64,000 nucleotides of DNA from positions 32,001 to 96,000 of IMG/VR virus record IMGVR_UViG_3300045988_105168; one strand, given 5' to 3'. Positions within the stretch are counted from its first letter, which is position 1; the number at the start of each line of letters is the position of its first letter. The DNA is from a virus. The notes under the pieces were generated by a model that saw only the letters and a program-made list of their open reading frames with translations, had not been told where the DNA came from and did no database searches. Shown here one piece after another: positions 27,856 through 36,376 of the stretch. The translations under genes and the position numbers were made by a program.

Positions 27856-29355
27856 TTACCATCCATATTTAGATGTTTTTTGTGATACGCTTTCACTAAT
27901 TGTCATTCTAGTGAAACTATATTTATCACTTTTTACTTTACTAGCAACAGCTTCAAAAGCGATTGCTTTTACTTCGTTTTCAAATACTGATAAATTATCT
28001 AATGAGAATTCAGCAGCTTTTTCACGAAGTTCTGCAACACGTTCAGCAGGAATTACTTCTACTACTTCAGACAAAATAGCTTCAACAGATTTCTCTTTTT
28101 CTGCTGTTTCGTATGCAACAAGTTTTTCCTTTAGCTCGCAGTTTTCTTTTTCAAGAGCCTCAAATTTATTAGCTTCTTGTTCATATACTTCAAAGTCTAC
28201 ATAACCACCACGCATAACTCTACCTTTTGAGTCAGAGTCGATTGTGCAAGTTGTTCCCTCTAAAGAATAAGAGTATTTGTAAGTATATCCTTCACAATAA
28301 TCATAGACATATAAATATTCATCATCAAAAGACTCTAAATATCCACATCCAAGAGACTCTTTAACGGCAGAGCGGAATACTTCATATTTTTGTTCAACAG
28401 TTAATGACTCGAAATCTTTATTTGCTTCCATATCTTCTTCTTTATCGTCACCTTCTTCATCCTCATCGTCTTCATCTTTGTCTTCGTCTTCTTTATCAGA
28501 CTCATCCTCAGATTTATCAGACTCTTCGTCTTCCATATAAGTGTCTTCGTCAGAATTAGTTTCTTCAGCAAATTCTTCAGTAGCAACTTCTTCAGTTTCA
28601 ACTTCTGCATTTTCAACTGTTGTTTCAACTTCAGTTTCAGTTACAGGAGTTTCAACTGTTGCTTCTTCTTCAACAACTGTTTCTACAACTTCTTTTTCTT
28701 TTTCATCCATCTTCTCACTCTCCTCCTTTCCTGAACCTTCTGCAAGCCCCATATCTTTAACAAAATTCTTTTTGATTTTTTCAGAATTTTTCAAACGCTT
28801 GCTATAAACTTTCAATGCATTTTCCTTACTAAACTTGATTATAGATGCATTAGCGCCTTCACAGGCAGGTGTGTGAGCTTCTCCAAGTAAAGTTACCCCA
28901 TTAAAAACAAATTTAGTAATATGTTCTAAACCATCTTCATCACTAATTTCTGTCCCTAAAACAGTAATTTCCATAGATACTGCTCTTTCATTATCCTCAT
29001 CCTCAACGAATACATCATAAGCCCATTTAGCATAAACCTTTGACATAATCGCTTGTGCGACAAGGTAATTTCTACCGTCTTTTTCCACAAATTTCATTTC
29101 TGAACTTTCAGGGAAAAATCCTACTATTTGTTCATCAGGTTCGTGTCCTTCAAAATCATCACCATCAAATCCAGCTACTAAGAATTTATTTTTCAAAGTT
29201 CTTTTTGCTTTCTTGATAACTGATAAATCAATAGGCATATCGTGAGCATTATTACCATCGTGGCATACATACACTTCTACGATAGCTAATTGATTATCTG
29301 AATAATCATCGATAACACTAAAACCTTCCACTCCAAAAGAAAGTTTCTTATCCAT
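27856..29355 (-). CDS. scaffold (possibly protease-scaffold fusion) protein with poly-acidic linker
   Basis: Globular N-domain, long Glu/Asp-rich low-complexity centre and a coiled-coil C-terminus. The likely start is ATG 29355 (AAGGAGG 8 nt upstream), not the track's GTG at 29364. Confidence 0.5.
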   Translation of the reverse strand: MDKKLSFGVEGFSVIDDYSDNQLAIVEVYVCHDGNNAHDMPIDLSVIKKAKRTLKNKFLVAGFDGDDFEGHEPDEQIVGFFPESSEMKFVEKDGRNYLVAQAIMSKVYAKWAYDVFVEDEDNERAVSMEITVLGTEISDEDGLEHITKFVFNGVTLLGEAHTPACEGANASIIKFSKENALKVYSKRLKNSEKIKKNFVKDMGLAEGSGKEESEKMDEKEKEVVETVVEEEATVETPVTETEVETTVENAEVETEEVATEEFAEETNSDEDTYMEDEESDKSEDESDKEDEDKDEDDEDEEGDDKEEDMEANKDFESLTVEQKYEVFRSAVKESLGCGYLESFDDEYLYVYDYCEGYTYKYSYSLEGTTCTIDSDSKGRVMRGGYVDFEVYEQEANKFEALEKENCELKEKLVAYETAEKEKSVEAILSEVVEVIPAERVAELREKAAEFSLDNLSVFENEVKAIAFEAVASKVKSDKYSFTRMTISESVSQKTSKYGW

Positions 29356-29557
29356 TAATAACACCTCCTTTAACTAGAAGTTGTAGTAAAAAAGGCATTT
29401 CATTAATGGCCTTTTGAAGTTTCTTTGTTTTTGCAAATATCATTACACCGTCTTTATCAGACAATAATGGTATTCCAGCCTTTATTAAATAATTACCAAT
29501 CACTTTTCCACATTCATAATACCTTTTATTAGTATTATCTAAATTTGAAATATACAT
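29348..29557 (-). CDS. small hypothetical protein
   Basis: The likely start is ATG 29557 (MYISNLDNTNKRYYECGKV), one nt after the upstream stop. 69 aa. Confidence 0.4.
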   Translation of the reverse strand: MYISNLDNTNKRYYECGKVIGNYLIKAGIPLLSDKDGVMIFAKTKKLQKAINEMPFLLQLLVKGGVING

Positions 29558-29558
29558 A

Positions 29559-30077
29559 TTACTCTCCAAAAACATTAAATGAAGGCATATCGTGGTCAAA
29601 TTTCATCATCGCCATATCGCTATCGCCATACATTTCTGCTTTATCTACTAATAATAATATGTCTTTTGTGATAGGTATAATTTCTAATAAAAACTCTTCT
29701 AAATATACTTTAGTACTATAATCTTTGCTTTCTTGAGCTAATACAATAGAGTCCTTAATTAAAGACTCAAGTTGTAAATTGATTTCTAGCATCTTATTAA
29801 AACAATCTAATACTGTATCGTAGTCTTGGTCTCCTGTAGGAGTTTCTCCATAAATTGTAGTACAATCTCTACTATCCATATAATCAGAAATTTCATCTGC
29901 TAATAAAGGATAAAGATGTGCTAAATTATGATGAAGAATGTTAGACGTGATAGGCATTACGAAAGTTACAGATAAAATACTACAAATTCTATCAAGCATA
30001 CGATTATTGTAAAAGCAATGAGAAATAATCTTTTCTAAAGACTCTTTCATTTCTTTTGAAATTAATCCTTCACTCAT
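29559..30077 (-). CDS. hypothetical head module protein (helical)
   Basis: 172-aa ORF between portal and scaffold. Confidence 0.5.
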   Translation of the reverse strand: MSEGLISKEMKESLEKIISHCFYNNRMLDRICSILSVTFVMPITSNILHHNLAHLYPLLADEISDYMDSRDCTTIYGETPTGDQDYDTVLDCFNKMLEINLQLESLIKDSIVLAQESKDYSTKVYLEEFLLEIIPITKDILLLVDKAEMYGDSDMAMMKFDHDMPSFNVFGE

Positions 30078-30089
30078 ATTCTAACCTCC

Positions 30090-31691
30090 TTATATTTTTC
30101 CGCCTTTTTCTATATTTGAAGCTTTGGCTCTCGTCTTAGCTCCACTATCTGTTAAGTCGGCGTCATCTTTTGCTGGTCTTCCAGCGCCGTCTGGAGACAT
30201 AGTATTAACGTTAAGCATCATCATTAACTTATCTGTAAATCCTGTTGCTTGCGCCTCTTCTAATTCTCTCTCTAGTTCAATTTTATTTAAACCTAAAGAT
30301 GATGCAATTTTGTTAGGTAAAACAACACCTTTATCAGCATAAGTAAATGCTTCTGTTTGACGTCTACTTCTATCAAACTGGTCATTACATCCGACAAATC
30401 TAAATTTCCATTTAAATTTCTTTGTTCTTCTATTGATGTTATATTCTAAGAAGTCCTCGAATTGTGGATATATAGACTCTGCTAATAGTTCATCTAAATT
30501 TAAAGATAATTGAGTTTCGATGGCGTTTTGATTTTCATCTGTTGAGAAAATAACTTTACCACCACTTAATAAAGAACTTGTAATAGCCATAAAGTTTTTA
30601 TAAGTATCTTTATCTGTATTTTCAAACTCAACACCTTTAATATCTTCTGTTGGTAATGCTAATACTTTGATAGCATTTTCAATACCTTGTGTTGCTAAAC
30701 CAATAAACTTACCTAATACATCTGCATCAATAGCTAATTGATTTGCTACACTTGAAGATTTCTTTTCTTTTAAATATGGAACTGAACTGACTAATAATTT
30801 TCTAGCAGCAGCCATACTTTGGTCAACTTGCAATCTTCTCATTACTGGTACTATTGCCATTTCTGGTAACATTCCACTAAAGAATGGTACTTGTAATGAA
30901 TGTTTTGGGTTAAATTTAAAACACCAAAAGCCATTTTCAGGAGATGTTTGTACCCATTGTGCAAATTTTCCAGTTCTATCATTTAATTTGTTACTTGGTC
31001 TATATTTGTTAGTATCACCATTGAATACTTCAAGATATTTCTTTTTTAACCAATCTGGATAACAATCTAAATCAACCACACCTTGTAAAAAATAATTCAT
31101 ATCTATATCATATAATAGACCGTATTCAAATTTACCAGTAACCTTAGCGTATTTCCAAGGCCATTGTTGTAAAACACTTTTGGTTTCAAATTCTCTAAAG
31201 ATACCATAATATGTTTCTTCCATTAATAAGTTCCATAGCACCTCTTTAAATTGCGCTCTGTAATTAAACTTATCTAAGAAGTCAGCCACTATCTTATAAT
31301 CATTTTTATATTTATTACTCTTATAATCTTCTGGTGTGGCATTTATACAAGTCATCTCTAAATCAAAAGCAGGTAAATTTGCGATATATTCTAAATTACG
31401 CTTATACATTAGACTGCTAAAATAATAAGACTGACTGTATGACACTAATTGACTTTCATTATTAGAAGGATTTTTTAAAGCATCTTCGATACCTTGTCTA
31501 TCAGGTACTATTGTAGATACATTTAAATTTTTCATTAATGTATTTTGTGTCATTGGACTAAATACACCGTCATTATATCCTTTAGCGAACTCTAACACAT
31601 CAAATGCTTTTTGTACCGCTTCTAAAGTTTCAACAACTTCTTCTTCGGTTAGCTTTACTTGTTCGTCTTTCATAATACACCTGCCTTTCAT
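30090..31691 (-). CDS. portal protein
   Basis: 533 aa. Start overlaps the terminase stop (TAATG). Size and position are typical of a portal. Basic/Gly-rich C-tail. Confidence 0.7.
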   Translation of the reverse strand: MKGRCIMKDEQVKLTEEEVVETLEAVQKAFDVLEFAKGYNDGVFSPMTQNTLMKNLNVSTIVPDRQGIEDALKNPSNNESQLVSYSQSYYFSSLMYKRNLEYIANLPAFDLEMTCINATPEDYKSNKYKNDYKIVADFLDKFNYRAQFKEVLWNLLMEETYYGIFREFETKSVLQQWPWKYAKVTGKFEYGLLYDIDMNYFLQGVVDLDCYPDWLKKKYLEVFNGDTNKYRPSNKLNDRTGKFAQWVQTSPENGFWCFKFNPKHSLQVPFFSGMLPEMAIVPVMRRLQVDQSMAAARKLLVSSVPYLKEKKSSSVANQLAIDADVLGKFIGLATQGIENAIKVLALPTEDIKGVEFENTDKDTYKNFMAITSSLLSGGKVIFSTDENQNAIETQLSLNLDELLAESIYPQFEDFLEYNINRRTKKFKWKFRFVGCNDQFDRSRRQTEAFTYADKGVVLPNKIASSLGLNKIELERELEEAQATGFTDKLMMMLNVNTMSPDGAGRPAKDDADLTDSGAKTRAKASNIEKGGKI

Positions 31692-33451
31692 TAATATATA
31701 TAACCTACTAAATATTTTAATGCGTCCACATCGGCACGTCCTATATCGGCTTTACCTTGTTTCTCATATTCAAAAACAACAGATAAACCATACATTAAAG
31801 AAGTGGCGCGGTCACGCTTTGCGGATTTAACTATACGGTCATATAATATTTGACCATTTAATCCGAAATCTCTTTTTATATTACTAAGCTCCTGCATTAA
31901 ATTATCGTGCTCTACGTGCATCACCTGTTCTGCCGCATCATACTTACCACTCTTATATAATTCATCAGTTTCGTTACTATCTACCAATAGTTTTAAACTC
32001 TGGTCTTCAAAACAACTCTTCATATAAGGATAATAAGTGCTATTGAATTCAGCCGTTGCTTGCACACCTCTAATAATAGGTTCAGCATTAGGCAATGTTC
32101 TCATAGTTTCTTCATCGTCATCTTGAATTAAAGGTGGATATTCTTCAATATCTCCTTTTTCATTTCGATAACTCCAAGGCTCTTCTAATAAAGATAAAAG
32201 ACCCTGTCCAGCACTACGAACGTCGATAACCAATTTCTCTGTATTAGGAAATTGAATATGCAATAATTCTCTTAATAATTCCCTTTGTTCTTTTAAACTA
32301 GCCCCGTTTAAAGTTTTGGTATACACAACGTGTTTGTCAAATGTACCATTACTTTTTGGGATAAGTTTAATAACGTGAGTACACGAGTTGTCCGAACCGC
32401 TCTTAGTTGATACGGCAACGTCGTGTGTAATTATGTATGAGTATTGTGTTTTTTTAGGCTGTGATAATTCACATCTATCTAAAACTCTACACTTATTAGT
32501 TAATGAATAAGGATAATAACTATCGTTAGAACTACCAACGAATGTTCCTTCATACTCATACGCAAATTTATCTAAAGACATATCTGGACTTTCTTTTTCT
32601 AGTTCAATTTCTTCCATAGAAAATAGTCCAGCGTCTATACCTACTTGATAATCTAAGCTAGCAACAAAATAATGTTTGTCACCACTTATCATCGAATGAT
32701 AGAAGTTTAAAAACTTTTGATATAAGTCGCAAGTCTTTAACCACGCAGATGAAATATAAATCATTCTACCTTTTTCAATAGGATTTTCTGGGTATCTATC
32801 GTGTAAATCGATAGCGTTTTGTCTTGGAGTTTTAATCATCGGTCTAATAACTTCTGTTAAAGTGTTATCTCTAACAAGTCTGGCCTCGTCCACTAAAACT
32901 AATTGAAAACGCCAACCACGAGCATTATCACCTTTTTGGTTAGTACCTAATGTAATTGCCCTAATTGAACTACCATTTTTTAGTTTAACTATACAGTCAT
33001 CGGTACCAGCCTTAATAGAAGCAATCTCTCTTCGGATATTTTCATTCTTAGATAATTCACCTTCTATTTTTTGTTTAATAACCATACGTGCTTGATTACC
33101 ATTTCCAGATACTATACCAATAGCCATACCTGGATATAAAATAGCCATACATATCATAAATACCGCACATAGCCAAGATTTACCAAGACCACGACAACAA
33201 ATTAACATTGCATTTGGGTATCTTGCCATAGCTCGCATAATTAACCTTTGAAAAGGGAATAAATTTATACCTAATATATCAACCGCAAATTTATCAATAT
33301 AGTATCTATAATAAGATAAGAATTTTGTCCATTCTTCATAATCGATACTCTCCTGATTAATTGGGTCGTAACTTAATGGGTTGTCAGTGTTGTTATTACT
33401 CCAATCTTGTTCTGCTCGTCTTTTTTTACTGAAGTTTTTATATGATGCCAT
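31691..33451 (-). CDS. terL: terminase large subunit
   Basis: 586 aa. Walker A-like CCRGLGKSW, Walker B LVLVDEA, and a C-terminal nuclease-type region with conserved acidic residues. Confidence 0.85.
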   Translation of the reverse strand: MASYKNFSKKRRAEQDWSNNNTDNPLSYDPINQESIDYEEWTKFLSYYRYYIDKFAVDILGINLFPFQRLIMRAMARYPNAMLICCRGLGKSWLCAVFMICMAILYPGMAIGIVSGNGNQARMVIKQKIEGELSKNENIRREIASIKAGTDDCIVKLKNGSSIRAITLGTNQKGDNARGWRFQLVLVDEARLVRDNTLTEVIRPMIKTPRQNAIDLHDRYPENPIEKGRMIYISSAWLKTCDLYQKFLNFYHSMISGDKHYFVASLDYQVGIDAGLFSMEEIELEKESPDMSLDKFAYEYEGTFVGSSNDSYYPYSLTNKCRVLDRCELSQPKKTQYSYIITHDVAVSTKSGSDNSCTHVIKLIPKSNGTFDKHVVYTKTLNGASLKEQRELLRELLHIQFPNTEKLVIDVRSAGQGLLSLLEEPWSYRNEKGDIEEYPPLIQDDDEETMRTLPNAEPIIRGVQATAEFNSTYYPYMKSCFEDQSLKLLVDSNETDELYKSGKYDAAEQVMHVEHDNLMQELSNIKRDFGLNGQILYDRIVKSAKRDRATSLMYGLSVVFEYEKQGKADIGRADVDALKYLVGYIY

Positions 33452-34290
33452 TATAAACTCCTCTCGATGTTAGAAAATTGTTTCAATAATTTGTCATACA
33501 TATCTTCATCTGTTGGAATATGCTCTGGAACCCAGTTATGTTTTTCAACAGCATCAAATACTCTACCAAAACAACCTAAAGCAACATCATTTGCTCCACG
33601 TTGACTTTCTGCGAATTGGGCAGATTTTGACAACATATCGAATAACTTAGTAGCTTTTTCATAAGCTACATCAGAGCCTTCTTCGTTTTTAAGCATTCTT
33701 TGATATGCTTTCATTTGAGATAAAGACGCCTGTGCTATTTTACGAGCATAGTCCTTATGGTTAGTAGTGACTATTTTAAAGTCATTTTGTAAACCCATAT
33801 AATAATCATTCAAATATTTCAAATCTGATTTAGTATATACACCTTGCCAATCATCGTCCCATTTAGGGGCTTCGTCTATTGCAGTTTGTACTTCTTCACT
33901 AATTGTAGCATCTTCGCTTAATTCAAAAATACTATCTGTATATCCTAAACCTTCATATTTTCTTCTTTGTGTAAAATTTAATATTCTTAAATAATCCCCT
34001 AAATAATTGTTACTTTCGGAATTACATACCTCATTCCAAATATCCATTATAAAAGGAGTATCTAAAACTTTTAAAACATCATATACCGATTGTAAATTAT
34101 TAACATCAACCATTTTGTTAACACAATCTTTACAATATGGATGGTGTGATACTGTGGCATTACGTGATTTATAGAAATCATCAAGAGTTAAATGTCTACC
34201 CATTTTGTCACAGTCTTTATTTTGGCATATAACTTTTTGTCCTTCGACCTTTTTTATAGGCTTCTTATATTTAGTAGCCACAATCCTCAC
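33451..34290 (-). CDS. putative terminase small subunit / DNA-recognition protein with N-terminal zinc ribbon
   Basis: 279 aa, CQNKDCDK...CKDC motif. Stop overlaps the terL start. The call rests on position. Confidence 0.4.
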   Translation of the reverse strand: MRIVATKYKKPIKKVEGQKVICQNKDCDKMGRHLTLDDFYKSRNATVSHHPYCKDCVNKMVDVNNLQSVYDVLKVLDTPFIMDIWNEVCNSESNNYLGDYLRILNFTQRRKYEGLGYTDSIFELSEDATISEEVQTAIDEAPKWDDDWQGVYTKSDLKYLNDYYMGLQNDFKIVTTNHKDYARKIAQASLSQMKAYQRMLKNEEGSDVAYEKATKLFDMLSKSAQFAESQRGANDVALGCFGRVFDAVEKHNWVPEHIPTDEDMYDKLLKQFSNIERSL

Positions 34291-34314
34291 CTTTCTTTCA
34301 TTAAAAAAACTGGA

Positions 34315-35496
34315 TTATTCCAGTTCTATAATATTATAAGACTCAACACCTTTATCTGTACAAACACATACCATTTGAGATGCTTTGCCCGTCAATCTTT
34401 TTTCTATGGTATAATCATCACCACTACCAGCTAGACTTCCGCCTCTAATAATCTTAATACCACCTTCATCAGACATAGCACAAGTATGTAAATGTCCAAA
34501 AGTAATTGCATAAGGAAAATATCCTAACATCATAGATAAACTAGCAACACCATTTTTAGAAAAAGCATCATAGTCTCCGTGAACATTAACATACTTTTTA
34601 CCTCTTATATCCATTACAGCAAAAGTAGTATCTGGATTATTAGTAATAATATCGATGTTTTTAACATCGTTTAATGCTGCATCCATATACCATATTACTA
34701 AATCATCTAAACGCTCATCTTTTAAAGCGTCTTCTTTTTTATCTAAACGTGAGTGGTTACCACTAACGCTAGTTACTATTACTCTATTGAAATGATGACT
34801 TAATTCATAAATAAATGCAGTAATCAGTTCGCTTGCAAATTTGATTTGTTGAATAACATTTTCTTGATTAGTAATCGCTATTGATTTATGTATTGAATTG
34901 CTTATTAAATCTCCTTGCAAAGAAACATAGCATTTATCAGAATTATTCTTTTTACCAATTTCAATAATTTTATTTACATATTGTCCCATTCTTATTTGTG
35001 CAATTTTAGTGTTATACTCGCCATTAAAACTCTTAAAAGTTTGGCCAATATGCAAATCACTTAATAAAACTAATAAATCATTATCGGCTGTATTATTATC
35101 CGAATAATTACTATCTGGAAAATTAATTTTACCGAAATCAGTGATTTTTTGTTCTAATATATCTAAACGAGTTTCTAAACGAGCGTCATTTCTTAAAGCA
35201 CGATTATATGCAGTACGTTCGTCATTTAATCTAAAACGTTCTTTGATAATCTCTTGCTTCTTTTGTTCCATCTTGTTTAGTTGTTCGTTATCGAAGTATT
35301 TATCTTTTATAGAGTCAAACACCATCATAAAACTTTGATACATCTTACGATACCAAGACTCATTGTAATCGTGATGTAATTCTTCATTTAATAGGTTACA
35401 CACATCCTGCCAAGTACCTATTAAATCTTTATTATCACACACGCGCCATATGTACGCATTTTCATCTTCATTTTCTAGCCTTTTAAATGCTTCCAT
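34315..35496 (-). CDS. metallophosphoesterase (calcineurin-like) with N-terminal coiled-coil region
   Basis: Motifs LSDLHIG, QGDL, SGNHSR, VHGDYD and FGHLH appear in order. Confidence 0.7.
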   Translation of the reverse strand: MEAFKRLENEDENAYIWRVCDNKDLIGTWQDVCNLLNEELHHDYNESWYRKMYQSFMMVFDSIKDKYFDNEQLNKMEQKKQEIIKERFRLNDERTAYNRALRNDARLETRLDILEQKITDFGKINFPDSNYSDNNTADNDLLVLLSDLHIGQTFKSFNGEYNTKIAQIRMGQYVNKIIEIGKKNNSDKCYVSLQGDLISNSIHKSIAITNQENVIQQIKFASELITAFIYELSHHFNRVIVTSVSGNHSRLDKKEDALKDERLDDLVIWYMDAALNDVKNIDIITNNPDTTFAVMDIRGKKYVNVHGDYDAFSKNGVASLSMMLGYFPYAITFGHLHTCAMSDEGGIKIIRGGSLAGSGDDYTIEKRLTGKASQMVCVCTDKGVESYNIIELE

Positions 35497-35590
35497 ATCT
35501 TCTCTCCTTTTTTACTGTGAAATCTTATTTTTCTCTTTCATTAATAATATTTTTGTATCGAACAAGTGTTTGCCCTGTATTTATAAGGGT

Positions 35591-36376
35591 TTACGAGGTT
35601 TGGGTTTTCAAACCTCTCTTCTTTTCCCTTGTTTTTCTTAAATTTTCTTGATATGCACACATTGTGCAGTATTTTTTTGGTGAACGTGTTTTTTTAATAA
35701 CTATTCCACATATAGCGCATCTTTTGTATTCTGTAGGCTTTTCGTAAATCATTAATTCGCCTAGTACATTTTCATAATTTGAAATCTCAATCGCCACTTC
35801 GCCATTGTTTTTTGCGAATGGTATATAAATATAATTATGTGATTTAAAATTATCTATTTTATATAACCCTTTATTAAATAATAAATTACACAATCTATAT
35901 CTATCGGCCACTCTGAGTTTGGATAAACCAGCCAACTTCCATAAATCATTATTATTTTCAACAACCATCATAATTTCATTTTTCTTACTATAGAACTGTA
36001 AGTGTCTAACTTTACAAGCCCATTTATAATATACCAAATAAATAAATAACAAATTTCTCGCAAGCTCTTCCTCTATAGCCTCAATAATTTCTAATTCCTC
36101 TTTATATATTTCAACCTTAATACCAGTCACAAACTCATACTCGTTTGCTTTTGATATAATTTTAGAGAATATCATATCTTTATCTCTGTCTGATAAATAT
36201 TCACCACCAGACATAGGTATATTAGACAATACCTCTTTAATCTCAGAATGAGAATAGTTTAGAGATGTTAGATGTCGTACCAAAATACAACGTTCTCGAC
36301 CTTGTGTTTTTACAGTGCTGTATTTCTTATTAGCTATAATCTCTTCTGCATATTTCTTTTCATCGAATACTAACAT
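35591..36376 (-). CDS. hypothetical protein with C-terminal zinc ribbon and basic tail
   Basis: 261 aa, CAICG...CTMC then KTREKKRGLK. Start overlaps the RNA polymerase stop. Confidence 0.5.
   Translation of the reverse strand: MLVFDEKKYAEEIIANKKYSTVKTQGRERCILVRHLTSLNYSHSEIKEVLSNIPMSGGEYLSDRDKDMIFSKIISKANEYEFVTGIKVEIYKEELEIIEAIEEELARNLLFIYLVYYKWACKVRHLQFYSKKNEIMMVVENNNDLWKLAGLSKLRVADRYRLCNLLFNKGLYKIDNFKSHNYIYIPFAKNNGEVAIEISNYENVLGELMIYEKPTEYKRCAICGIVIKKTRSPKKYCTMCAYQENLRKTREKKRGLKTQTS

Noticed and set aside
29559-30077. Ferritin/Dps-like reading of the 172-aa helical protein (LHHNLAHLYPLLADEISDYMD).
   Set aside because: The spacing of His/Asp/Glu does not match the Dps ferroxidase pattern I know. 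The call would be a guess without a profile search.
35559-35571. 14-nt word GAACAAGTGTTTG shared with 51545-51557.
   Set aside because: Single 13-14-mer coincidences are expected by chance in 64 kb of AT-rich sequence on two strands. The shared context does not extend beyond the word.
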